Shown here: piece by piece, positions 9,865 to 19,732 of the stretch
How the letters are laid out: each line of letters starts with the position of its first letter
How positions within the stretch are numbered: position 1 is the first letter of the stretch
Assembly (NCBI GenBank): GCA_963810275.1
Contig: CAWENF010000002.1
Span: 64,001-128,000 of the forward strand
Direction of reading: 5' to 3'
Length of the DNA: 64,000 bases
DNA from: an uncultured archaeon
GTDB taxonomy: Archaea > Thermoproteota > Bathyarchaeia > Bathyarchaeales > Bathycorpusculaceae
The notes under the pieces: model-generated
Database searches by the model: none
What the model was told of the DNA's origin: nothing
Seen by the model: the letters and a program-made list of their open reading frames with translations, nothing else
Translations under genes and position numbers: made by a program

Positions 9865-10050
9865 ATGAGACAGCTTAAAAATGCTCAACAAGATCTTGAA
9901 AACTCCTGGATTATACCTTACAATGAATCTCAAGCCAGAAAAGAGCTGGACGGTTGGTCACCTCAACAGTTCCAAGACTACTTGAGAAGCCAAATGGAAA
10001 AAGGCGAAAAAAGCAATAATACAATGAAACTAACATTTGACATGCACTAA
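9865..10050 (+). CDS. Small hypothetical protein
   Basis: 61-aa ORF directly after the HTH ORF. Confidence 0.3.
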   Translation: MRQLKNAQQDLENSWIIPYNESQARKELDGWSPQQFQDYLRSQMEKGEKSNNTMKLTFDMH

Positions 10051-10299
10051 ACAAGTTAGAGATAAATTTGAAAATACTTTCCAAGGTAACATCTAGCATT
10101 AGATTAAATCAGTCATAGCTCTGTTTTTCGAAATGCCCACGCTAAGAATGATTCTATATTAAAGGAGTAGTTACGCTGAAACGCTTGATTAATAACCAGC
10201 AGTGCAGTTATCAAAAAACATCTATACACCTGAAAAACAACTAACCAACCGCTGGAAAAAAAGTTTTTGAAAGTCTTTAATATCCTTGAAGAGCATAGT

Positions 10300-12336
10300 T
10301 TATGTTTCAGAAACAGATCGTAATTCAGAGCGTGCTAAGCGATCGCGGTTCAAAACGCTTTGTTGTATGCATTTGTATAAAAGAGATAGAACTTCATGCA
10401 CATTAAACAAATTGAACATCGCTTTACTCGGACCTATTCCTACTTTGATTGAATACGCAGTAGAAGGTAGAACTTCAAAGAGGTCTTCATCAGTTATATC
10501 ATCACCGATAGCTAAAATGAAATCCCAGTGAGACTTAGAAAGCCATCGTTGAGCAGCTACCCCTTTATTGACTGCTACGTCTTTGACTTCCACAATTTTG
10601 TTACCCTCCAGGATTGCTAACCCAAGATTTGAAGTCAAATACATTAAATCGTCTCTCAATTCATTTGATCTAAGAGTACCTAAGATTGGATCGGTTTTGC
10701 GATAATGCCAAACAAGAGAATACGGTTTATCCTCAACAAAAGAGCCAGGAGTTCGGTCTGTATACTTCTCAAGAAGAGGATGGATTTTATTTTTCCATTC
10801 AGTTGAGATCGTTTCTGCCTCTTCAATCTTCCCTGATCGGTCCTTAATCCAAGCCCCATGCTCTGCAATAAATCCAATATCTAAATCTCCAAACCAAAGA
10901 TTTAGGAAATGTCTATCTCTGCCGCTAATAATTACAAGTTCGTTTTTCGGGTCTAAAGAAAGTTCTTTTAGGATTTCCAACAGCTGTGAAGTAGGCTTTG
11001 CTTTATCTGGCGTATCACTAAAAGTAACCAGGGTACCATCATAGTCCAATAAAAGTAGCCTTTTTCTGCTTTTTTGATAGTTTTCGATTAGATCCTGCCG
11101 AGATTTATTATTCATAAAATGTTGTTTCTCTGTTTGCTGAGAATCATAAGCAATATTAAGCTCATTTAGAAAATCTCCTGCCCATCGTTTAATATCATAC
11201 TGTTTTAGGCGTCTTTGCATGATTCGATTGCGTTTTTCCTGTTCTTCTCTGGGTAAGTAAAGCGCTGTTTCTATAGTGTTTACAAGCTCTTCTTGATTTT
11301 CAGGATTTACAATCAATGCTTCGCTAAGTTCTTGTGAGGCTCCTGCCATTTCAGAGAGAATCAAAACGCCTTTGGCATCAGTTTTACTTGCGATAAATTC
11401 CTTAGCTATCAGATTCATACCGTCCCGTAACGGAGTTACCAAGCCGACATCAGCAATGGCGTACATAGCTACAATTGTTTTAAACGGCAAAAAATGGCTA
11501 AAATAAACAATGGGTAACCAGTCAGTAGTCGAAAACTTGCCGTTTATACGCCCCACAAGCTCATCTATTTGCTTTTTTAGAATTTTATATTGATTTACGT
11601 CTTCTCTTGAAGGAACACTAACCAACAATAAAGTAACTTTTCCTCTAAATTCAGGTTTTTTTTCCAAGAAATAGTCGAAAGCTTCTAACCGAAGCGGAAT
11701 CCCTTTAGTGTAATCCAAACGATCGAATGAAAGAATGAACTTTTGTCCTATTGCTCTTTTTTGTATACGGGCGACCTCTTTTTGAACCTTCATACTTGAT
11801 GCATTGTTGAAAAAACGGTCATAATCAATCCCCATAGGAAAAAGATCAGTTTTAACCCTGCGGGTATCCGTTTGGATCTCATTCAACGTATTTTCATAGC
11901 CAAGTATTCGGCGAACACTTGAGAGAAAATGTCTCACGTAATCGTAAGTATGGAATCCTACCAGATTTGCACCTAAAATACCCTGAAGTATTTCCTTACG
12001 CCAAGGTAGAAGCCTAAAAATTTCAAAAGAAGGGAAGGGAATATGTAGAAAGAACCCAATGTCCGAATCAGTTAAGTTTTCAAGAATCATCTCGGAAATC
12101 ATCAGCAAATGATAATCCTGGATATAAAAGGTGTCCTTTTTGTTTGCAATTTCCATTATTGATTTCAAAAATTTTTCGTTTACTGCCTTATATGTCAACC
12201 AATTCGCTTGATCATATTTTGTATAAACGCTAAAGTAATGAAAAAGAGGCCAGATAGTATTATTTGAAAATCCTTGATAGTATTGTCGAATATCTTTTGC
12301 AGTAAGAAAGACGGGATAACACTTTTCTGCTATCAA
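10300..12336 (-). CDS. otsAB: Bifunctional trehalose-6-phosphate synthase/phosphatase, apparently 5'-truncated
   Basis: YYQGFSNNTIWPLFHY, QDYHL, FFLHIPFP, DRLDYTKG, DGMNLIAKE; HAD motifs LDYDGTL and IGDDITDED; the usual N-terminal SNRLP/GGL/WxGW segment is absent. Confidence 0.9.
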   Translation of the reverse strand: MIAEKCYPVFLTAKDIRQYYQGFSNNTIWPLFHYFSVYTKYDQANWLTYKAVNEKFLKSIMEIANKKDTFYIQDYHLLMISEMILENLTDSDIGFFLHIPFPSFEIFRLLPWRKEILQGILGANLVGFHTYDYVRHFLSSVRRILGYENTLNEIQTDTRRVKTDLFPMGIDYDRFFNNASSMKVQKEVARIQKRAIGQKFILSFDRLDYTKGIPLRLEAFDYFLEKKPEFRGKVTLLLVSVPSREDVNQYKILKKQIDELVGRINGKFSTTDWLPIVYFSHFLPFKTIVAMYAIADVGLVTPLRDGMNLIAKEFIASKTDAKGVLILSEMAGASQELSEALIVNPENQEELVNTIETALYLPREEQEKRNRIMQRRLKQYDIKRWAGDFLNELNIAYDSQQTEKQHFMNNKSRQDLIENYQKSRKRLLLLDYDGTLVTFSDTPDKAKPTSQLLEILKELSLDPKNELVIISGRDRHFLNLWFGDLDIGFIAEHGAWIKDRSGKIEEAETISTEWKNKIHPLLEKYTDRTPGSFVEDKPYSLVWHYRKTDPILGTLRSNELRDDLMYLTSNLGLAILEGNKIVEVKDVAVNKGVAAQRWLSKSHWDFILAIGDDITDEDLFEVLPSTAYSIKVGIGPSKAMFNLFNVHEVLSLLYKCIQQSVLNRDRLARSELRSVSET

Positions 12337-12365
12337 AATCCGATAAATGTCTTCTTTATTTTTTG

Positions 12366-12519
12366 GAACCGAACAGCTACTGTGATTGTTGCCCCCTTGA
12401 TAGGATTTTTGTTAGACACAACTCAATCAATAGGGTATATTTTTGCATGCATTTCATTATTTGCTGTCTTCAGTGTTACTCTTACTTCAACTTTAGGTAA
12501 ACAATACCGAGCGAACTGA
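12366..12519 (+). pseudogene. 3' fragment of an MFS-like transporter
   Basis: NRTATVIVAPLIGFLLDTTQSIGYIFACISLFAVFSV resembles the last two TMs of an MFS permease; no upstream part. Confidence 0.35.
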
Positions 12520-13074
12520 CTTGTTTTTTATGCTAATTACTATATTAGATAAAAAATGTTATGAGAGGAGAGCAAATCTAAAAAATTAAAGATGTTAGAT
12601 TTAAAAAACTAAATATAGATTGATAAGTAGTATATTAAATGATTTGAGATTTCAACTTTGTATTAGCAATGAAGGTAATTTGAAGTAAATGATTAAAAAG
12701 AGAGAAATGGTATCCTGACACCATTTTATTTAGTATTAATTAAATCTTAGAGAAGGATAGCTAATAACCAAAGGTAATTGAACCTCAAGCAATTCTGAGG
12801 TTACGCAATGGACCGCCTAAAAAACTTAACAGATAGGCAAAACCCCGAAAAGCAACTAAAAATTCTTTTTTCTTGTATTAGGCTGATAGTTCAATCTAAT
12901 AGGTTATTGAACCTGTAGACGCGGTATTTGCATTTTTTACCTTTTTAGCAGAATAATCTTGGCATTTAATGCTTGCTTTGAAGATTAGTATTCTGGTTCT
13001 AAAGTATCATTTTATAGAGAATTGATATAAACAGGCATCATCCACTATAATCAACTTCTCTGAGGTAGTACCAA

Positions 13075-14088
13075 ATGGTAGGCAGAAAAACGATAGTAAT
13101 TGCTACCGTCTTATTGGGTACATTAGTTGTAATAAGCTCATTTGTTTATCTCAATTTCCGAAATCCCTACCTTGGACAAATGGAATCAATTAACGTTGCG
13201 TATTCACCGTTTGAATCGTTAACACTTTTTTGGGTTGCTGAAAACCAGAATTTCTTCAGCCAAAACGGTCTTAATGTGACCGCTCATGAATATGATACTG
13301 GAGCTGGAGCACTAAGCGGAGTGTTGAATGATGAAGATGACATTGTGGTGGGAACAACAGAGTTTCCACTAACTTCAAATATACTTAATGGGGCACAAAT
13401 TAATACAATTAGCACGATCGCCAAATCAGAATTTATATATCTTATCGGGCGACAAGACCGGGGAATTAATGAGATTTCGGACCTTAAGGGTAAAACCATC
13501 GGAACAGCTTTTGGGACTATAGCACAATTCTACTTAGGCAGATTTCTTAGTCTAAATGGCTTAAGTATTCAAGATGTGACACTCGTTGACCTCAAGACGC
13601 CAGCTGAATGGGTTGATGCTGTAGCAAATGGATCTGTGGATGCAGTTGCGACTGCTCAGCCGACTGCACAAATGGCAAAGGATGCTTTGGGTGATAATGC
13701 TGTTTTTTGGTCAATTCAAAGTAGCCAGCCTCTTTACGCACAGGCAATTGCCACTGACGATTGGATAACGAGTCATCCTGAACTGGTCAACAGGTTTCTT
13801 AAGTCTCTCTTGCAAGCTGAGGATTATACAATTAATCATCCTACCGAAGCTAAGGCAATTGTAAAAAACCAGTTGAACCTTACCGACGCTTACATCGGTA
13901 AAGTGTGGACTCAGAACCAATTTTTTCTTTCACTTGACCAATCCCTAATTTTAGCGATGCAAGACGAAGCGCAATGGCTAATCACTAATAACTTAACTAA
14001 TGCAACAACGGCCCCCAACTTTATCAATTACGTGTACCAAGATGGGTTGAAATCAGTCGACCATAGCTTAGTGAACATTATCAGTTAG
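13075..14088 (+). CDS. NrtA/SsuA/NMT1-family substrate-binding protein, membrane anchored
   Basis: N-terminal TM, WVAENQNFFSQNGLNV, ISDLKGKTIG, HPELVNRFLKSL. Confidence 0.88.
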   Translation: MVGRKTIVIATVLLGTLVVISSFVYLNFRNPYLGQMESINVAYSPFESLTLFWVAENQNFFSQNGLNVTAHEYDTGAGALSGVLNDEDDIVVGTTEFPLTSNILNGAQINTISTIAKSEFIYLIGRQDRGINEISDLKGKTIGTAFGTIAQFYLGRFLSLNGLSIQDVTLVDLKTPAEWVDAVANGSVDAVATAQPTAQMAKDALGDNAVFWSIQSSQPLYAQAIATDDWITSHPELVNRFLKSLLQAEDYTINHPTEAKAIVKNQLNLTDAYIGKVWTQNQFFLSLDQSLILAMQDEAQWLITNNLTNATTAPNFINYVYQDGLKSVDHSLVNIIS

Positions 14089-14099
14089 AGGAAACAAAC

Positions 14100-16043
14100 A
14101 TGAGAATAAAGACCCAACTTTTACTGAGCATCGCAACTTTTAGCATCACTTTAGTTATAATTGGGTCATCAGTCGCATTAGCACAGCTACAGATAACCGA
14201 GTTAAATAATAAAAGCATCATTACAAACGAAATTCAAACTGGAGCAAGCGACCTTAACTACATCTCAAACAACTACTTCCTCTACCAAGACAATTCTTCC
14301 ATAATTTCATGGAGAACAAAGTTTTCAGCACTATCCAGTGAGATAACAATATTAAATTCCACTAATCCTCGGCAGCAAGTACTGGTCAATACAATTAACC
14401 GTGATTTAAAGAATCTAAACGATGTGTTCGCTGGAGTTACAACTTTTCTATCTAGTGCGCCTAGAAATGCCAGTGTTCGTGTTCTGCCTGATTTTCAGAC
14501 TCAGTGGAATAGAATGGCTGTGGAATTACAAGCACTTGCTTTCGATTCTCAACAGCTATCTCAAAATATACAGGAACAAACAAACCAAGCTATAATAGTA
14601 AATACTATTCTTACGGTCGCTCTTTTGAGCTTATTTGGGGCTTACTTCATCACCATTTACTTTGTGGCATACCGAGGAACTGCGAGATCCATCGTTAAGC
14701 TCAAAAATGGCATAGCAGTGATTGGTTCTGGTGACCTTAATTATACTATTGAAGCAGGTAAGAAAGATGAGATTGCGGATATTTCAAAATCTATCAATCA
14801 AATGGCAGTCAATTTGAAAACTGTTACTGCATCCAAAAATGACTTAGAACAAGCGCAAACTTCTCTGCGCGAAAGTGAGCAGCGTTGGGCGACAACTTTG
14901 AAAAGCATCGGTGATGCGGTCATTGCTACTGACACACAGGGCAAAATCAAATTTATGAATAGCGAGGCTGAGATGCTTACAGGTTGGAAACTAAGTGAGG
15001 CTTTACAGAAACCAGCGAAAAACGTATTTAACATTATAAATGAGCAAACTCGTTTGGAGGTTGAAAGCCCAATTGAACGAGTACTCAATGAAGGCATAGT
15101 TGTTGGCTTGGCAAATCATACGATCCTAATCCAAAAAGATGGAAAAGAAGTTCCAATTGACGATAGTGGTGCACCCATAAAGGACAGAGAGGGCAAGACA
15201 ACGGGTGTAGTTCTTATTTTCCGAGATATTACCGAGCGCAAGAAAGTTGAAGATGAAAGAATTCGGATGCAAACTAAGCTCGAAGAGTCTGCCATTAAAC
15301 TTAAGGAATATGCCAGCCAAATGGAAGAGCTTGCTGCGCAAAGAGCTAAGCAACTTAAAGATTCCGAGCGTTTAGCCGCCATAGGTGCAACTGCAGGCAT
15401 GGTTGGTCATGACATTCGTAACCCGTTGCAGGCTATAATTAGCGATGTGTTCTTAGCTAAAACAGAATTAACCTCCATACCAGACAGTGAAGAGAAGAAG
15501 AATGCCTTGGAGAGTATGTCTGAAATCGAGAAAAATATTGATTACATAAATAAAATTGTTCAGGACCTTCAGGACTATGCTAGACCTCTTAACCCTAAGA
15601 TTGAAAAAAACGACTTGAATTCCATCGTTGAAACATTCATCGCAAAAAATGGTTTACCTAAAAATATCAAGGTTAAGGTAGAAATAACCGATGAAGCTAG
15701 AATAATTAGAGCTGACTCATATTATCTAAACAGAATCTTATACAACTTAGTTACCAATGCCCTTCAAGCAATGCCTACTGGAGGTAATTTAACAATAGAG
15801 GCACACAAAGAAGCAGAGGATACTGTTTTATCGGTTAAGGATACGGGCGTTGGAATTCCAAAAGAAATTCAGGATAAAATGTTTACTCTCATGTTTACCA
15901 CAAAATCCAAAGGGCAAGGCTTTGGTTTGCCGGTTGTTAAGAGGATGACAGAATCGTTGGGCGGCACCGTGTCTTTTGAGAGCCAAGAGGGAAAAGGAAC
16001 GACATTCACAATTCGTTTACCCTCCCAAAGACCTAAACGGTAA
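14100..16043 (+). CDS. Sensor histidine kinase (2 TM, HAMP, PAS, HisKA, HATPase)
   Basis: HAMP DEIADISKSINQM, PAS SIGDAVIATD, H-box GHDIRNPL, N/G boxes NLVTNA, DTGVGI, GQGFGL. Confidence 0.93.
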   Translation: MRIKTQLLLSIATFSITLVIIGSSVALAQLQITELNNKSIITNEIQTGASDLNYISNNYFLYQDNSSIISWRTKFSALSSEITILNSTNPRQQVLVNTINRDLKNLNDVFAGVTTFLSSAPRNASVRVLPDFQTQWNRMAVELQALAFDSQQLSQNIQEQTNQAIIVNTILTVALLSLFGAYFITIYFVAYRGTARSIVKLKNGIAVIGSGDLNYTIEAGKKDEIADISKSINQMAVNLKTVTASKNDLEQAQTSLRESEQRWATTLKSIGDAVIATDTQGKIKFMNSEAEMLTGWKLSEALQKPAKNVFNIINEQTRLEVESPIERVLNEGIVVGLANHTILIQKDGKEVPIDDSGAPIKDREGKTTGVVLIFRDITERKKVEDERIRMQTKLEESAIKLKEYASQMEELAAQRAKQLKDSERLAAIGATAGMVGHDIRNPLQAIISDVFLAKTELTSIPDSEEKKNALESMSEIEKNIDYINKIVQDLQDYARPLNPKIEKNDLNSIVETFIAKNGLPKNIKVKVEITDEARIIRADSYYLNRILYNLVTNALQAMPTGGNLTIEAHKEAEDTVLSVKDTGVGIPKEIQDKMFTLMFTTKSKGQGFGLPVVKRMTESLGGTVSFESQEGKGTTFTIRLPSQRPKR

Positions 16044-16356
16044 ATTAACCTACAAGTGAGTTTATTTTGAGACTGGTTTGTCGTCCTATAATTCCCAGCC
16101 AAACTTAACGGCGTTCTTGCGGAACTATTCTTACTGGAATCAAGCCACATTCTGCGGTTTTAATAAGGTCAGCTGGATTTAGTTCTGGCGTTTCGGGCCT
16201 GCCATAATTCAACCACACCTTAGCCTTGACTGGATTAAGCCCAGCTTGAGTAATAATAGGCCGAGCTTCCAGTTATGACCAGGCGAGTTCAAAACGTCAA
16301 GTTACTGTATTATTCCACGCCATTTAGAAGTCATGCAGGAACTTCTATTGAGCGTT

Positions 16357-17826
16357 TTATTCGCCTTTCACGCCTTTGGCGATGCGCTCACCGATATCCT
16401 TATCGATGTTGTGCCAGTATTCGAAGGCTCTTTGCAGCACAGGTTCGGATACGCCGTTTTTCAAATGCCCCACCACATTGGACACAAGCCGGTTGCGCTG
16501 CGCATCGTCCATAACCTTGCGCACCAGGGTCCCGGGCTGGCCGAAATCGTCGTCGTCCTTGCGCTTGTTGTAGGCGGTACGGATGAACTCGCCGCTGGCA
16601 CTCCAGATGGCGACCTCGGGATATCGCTCAGGGTCAGCCTTGGGACCTCCTTTTGAGTTGGGTGCATAAACTGGATCGGAGACTTTATCCATCCGCATTG
16701 CCCCGCCTTTGCTGTAGCTATGGATTGGTACTTTGGGTCGATTTACTGGAATCTGCTTGTAGTTTACTCCTAGGCGAGCTCGATGGGCATCGGAATAGGA
16801 AACTAGGCGAGCAAGTAGCATCTTGTCTGGGCTTGGTCCGATTCCGGGGACGAGGTTGTTTGGTTCGAATGCTGCCTGTTCAATCTCAGCTTGAAAATCG
16901 ATTGGATTTCGGTTCAGTGTCAGTTTGCCCACTTCGTGTACTGGATAGTCTTCGTGTGGCCAGACCTTGGTCAGGTCGAAGGGGTTGAATCGGTAAGTCT
17001 CGGCCTCTTTGAAGGGCATGATCTGGACTTGTAGAGTCCAACTGGGGTAATCTCCTCGTTTGATTGCCTCTGATAGATCGCGGCGGTGGTAGTCTGCGTC
17101 AACACCGGCAATTCGGTCGGCTTCTTCTTGTGTTAGGAAGTCGATGCCTTGGTTTGTCTTGAAGTGATACTTCACCCAATGGCGCTCGCCTTTGGCATTG
17201 ACCCACATATAGGTGTGGCTCGAGTAGCCATTCATATGTCGATAACTTCTGGGGACTCCACGATCGCTCATTAAGATGGTGACCTGATGGGCTGACTCGG
17301 GCGAAAGCGACCAGAAATCCCACTGCATATCGTTATCGCGTAGGCCGTTCTCTGCACGTCGTTTCTGTGAGTGGATGAAATGCTGGAATTTCATAGGGTC
17401 GCGTACGAAAAAAACGGGGGTGTTGTTTCCCACCATGTCATAATTGCCCTCTGGGGTGTAAAACTTTAGTGCAAAACCGCGTACATCCCGCCAGGTGTCG
17501 GGACTGCCGCTTTCGCCGGCTACTGTAGAGAACCTGGCCAATACCTCAGTTTTGGTACCTGGTTGGAACAAGGCTGCCTTTGTATAAGCGCTGACGTCTT
17601 TGGTTACCTCAAAGTATCCGAACGCTCCGGAACCTTTTGCGTGGGGTTGGCGGTCTGGGATCATCTCTCGGTTAAAGTTAGCCATCTGCTCCATCAGGTA
17701 GTAGTCTTGCAGCAGAATTGGGCCATCAGGACCCACGGTGAGAGAAAACTCCTCGCTGGATACTGGAATTCCGGCATCTGTTGTTGTGGGTTTACGTTCG
17801 TCTTTTTTCATGGTTATATCATTCAA
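16357..17826 (-). CDS. katA: Monofunctional heme catalase
   Basis: [15 protein letters not shown] (distal His), [26 protein letters not shown] (proximal Tyr). Confidence 0.96.
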   Translation of the reverse strand: MNDITMKKDERKPTTTDAGIPVSSEEFSLTVGPDGPILLQDYYLMEQMANFNREMIPDRQPHAKGSGAFGYFEVTKDVSAYTKAALFQPGTKTEVLARFSTVAGESGSPDTWRDVRGFALKFYTPEGNYDMVGNNTPVFFVRDPMKFQHFIHSQKRRAENGLRDNDMQWDFWSLSPESAHQVTILMSDRGVPRSYRHMNGYSSHTYMWVNAKGERHWVKYHFKTNQGIDFLTQEEADRIAGVDADYHRRDLSEAIKRGDYPSWTLQVQIMPFKEAETYRFNPFDLTKVWPHEDYPVHEVGKLTLNRNPIDFQAEIEQAAFEPNNLVPGIGPSPDKMLLARLVSYSDAHRARLGVNYKQIPVNRPKVPIHSYSKGGAMRMDKVSDPVYAPNSKGGPKADPERYPEVAIWSASGEFIRTAYNKRKDDDDFGQPGTLVRKVMDDAQRNRLVSNVVGHLKNGVSEPVLQRAFEYWHNIDKDIGERIAKGVKGE

Positions 17827-18078
17827 AAAAATGCAACTCCTTGGTTTATAATAAGAATTTATCTTTCAATAAATCGCCTTTTCTTCTACATAGATTAGCG
17901 CAAAAGGGTCATTTAAGAATTTTTATTATCTACTATCCGTATGATCACTTATCTTAAATCAGAAGCTTCCGCAATTGAAGCGCTGTGAAGTAAAGATATT
18001 TAGTCAACGCCGAACCCCATAAAGAAATGGCTTTTCTTCCTGACTAAGCGGTAGAGAATACCTCAAGTCATCGGTCGC

Positions 18079-18333
18079 ATGGTCGATTTGCTGCAATCAA
18101 TGGCTATGTTATCTACGGAACTATCGGAGAAAGTAGATGTCAACAGCGAAACCACTTTAGACTCTGCAGGCAAAGCATACGTATTCAACAACATCTGCAC
18201 TTACGTTAAAACACTTATCTCGTTAAATCCTGAGACAGGCGGAAGGTTTGGGCAATCTATTGCCATCGGCGATAATTACGTTGCTGGAGCACCAAATGAT
18301 ACAAAACCCAACGATACCGGACAACAAAAATGA
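18079..18333 (+). pseudogene. FG-GAP repeat fragment
   Basis: SAGKAYVF...GRFGQSIAIGDNYVAGAP is one isolated FG-GAP-type repeat. Confidence 0.45.
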
Positions 18334-18499
18334 ATTACATCGACCCGGGGCATCCTACATACTCAGCTACACCAGGTAAAGCTCCAGCAAACGGAGCCTC
18401 CTTTCACTTTTTTAACTTTTTAGCGAAACTCCAATTTCAGTTGTTAATTATAATAGTTCTTTTATAACTGCTAAAATAAATTATACAACGAGACCAAAC

Positions 18500-19732
18500 T
18501 TGCAAATTAGCTATACTTGCAGAAAATGCAAGAAAGATTATTCCAAAGAAGAGTATTCTAAAAGCAACTTTTGCAGACACTGTGGTTCCTTTATTTTATT
18601 AACTTTTGGAGAAACTGGAAAGTCAGGGATTAATTTTAGTTCAAATGCGCCTACTGAAAAGTCTGCTCTCCAGAGGGCAGCTGAAAGCCTTAAAGAACGG
18701 GTTGACAGCTCAAGAGAGTTTGAGGTAGTCTCTGAAGCAGAAAAGCAACAAACCACTGAGCCCGCATTTGAAAGTTGGCTATGGAGTTCTGAATTTGATG
18801 CTGCCTTAGGATTCGAAAAGAAGCTTGTTAAAGAGTATAAAGGTAAAACCTTGGAAGAAGCAATCCCTGGCGAGATTGTTTCCAATGATCAGGGGGAATG
18901 CTATGCTATTTCTGATTCGTGCATTTCAGCCTTCAAAATAGCCACCTACGAAGAAAGCAGGCGATTAATAATCTCTGACCTAAAAGTGCTTCCCGGAATA
19001 GGACCAGCTAGAGAGCGGGCACTAAAACAGCAGGGGTATGGCACTATTGAAGGACTAATGAATCATCCGATTTGGAGTGATGAAGCCTCTGCGTTTATGA
19101 AAATAATTGATCAAAAGGAAATAGATTCCATGCAGAAGTGGCTTTGGCAAAGACTACCCAAATCTCATCCGTTGCTTCATTATCTTGCCGGGTTTTGTCA
19201 GGATGGAGATTTTGCAATAGTAGACATTGAAACTCTGGGGTTATCTGAGAGACCTATAATTTTATTGGGTATAGCTAAACCCCACGGAGATAAAATTTGT
19301 ACAAGCCAATTTTTGCTACGAGACATAGCTGATGAGCCTGGAGCAATCTGGGCTCTGGTTTCTCAACTTAACCCTAAACTATCTCTTATAACCTATAATG
19401 GAAGAAGCTTTGACATTCCCTACATTAAACAAAGACTCGCCTACTACGGGTTAGATTCAACTTTGGAAAATCCTCATTTTGATATTCTCCATTTTACTCG
19501 GCGTGCACTAAAACCTAAGCTCTCAGACTGCAGGCTTGACACAGTCGAACAATACATCGGCATAAAAAGAGAAATCAATATCCCCGGAGCACTTGTTCCA
19601 CACTTCTATGACACCTACATGAGAACCAAAAACGTCGGTCCACTGGTTCCCATAGTCGAACACAACAAACAAGACCTACTAACTCTTGCAAGCCTATTTT
19701 CCAAGCTCTATGAGGAATGGAACCTTGATTGA
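18500..19732 (+). CDS. YprB/MrfB-like DEDD exonuclease with N-terminal Zn ribbon and HhH motif
   Basis: CRKC..CRHC, LPGIGP, DIETLGL, TYNGRSFDIPY, HFDIL, HNKQD; overlaps the helicase gene. Confidence 0.85.
   Translation: MQISYTCRKCKKDYSKEEYSKSNFCRHCGSFILLTFGETGKSGINFSSNAPTEKSALQRAAESLKERVDSSREFEVVSEAEKQQTTEPAFESWLWSSEFDAALGFEKKLVKEYKGKTLEEAIPGEIVSNDQGECYAISDSCISAFKIATYEESRRLIISDLKVLPGIGPARERALKQQGYGTIEGLMNHPIWSDEASAFMKIIDQKEIDSMQKWLWQRLPKSHPLLHYLAGFCQDGDFAIVDIETLGLSERPIILLGIAKPHGDKICTSQFLLRDIADEPGAIWALVSQLNPKLSLITYNGRSFDIPYIKQRLAYYGLDSTLENPHFDILHFTRRALKPKLSDCRLDTVEQYIGIKREINIPGALVPHFYDTYMRTKNVGPLVPIVEHNKQDLLTLASLFSKLYEEWNLD

Noticed and set aside
12780-12860. GGCAAAACCCCGAAAAG resembling a c-di-GMP-I riboswitch, plus a short AACCTCA/TGAGGTT palindrome
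   Set aside because: The second stem and remaining consensus are absent.
16275-17898. Several + strand ORFs opposite the catalase
   Set aside because: Antisense shadows of a GC-richer gene with no motifs; the same applies to most short overlapping ORFs in the track.
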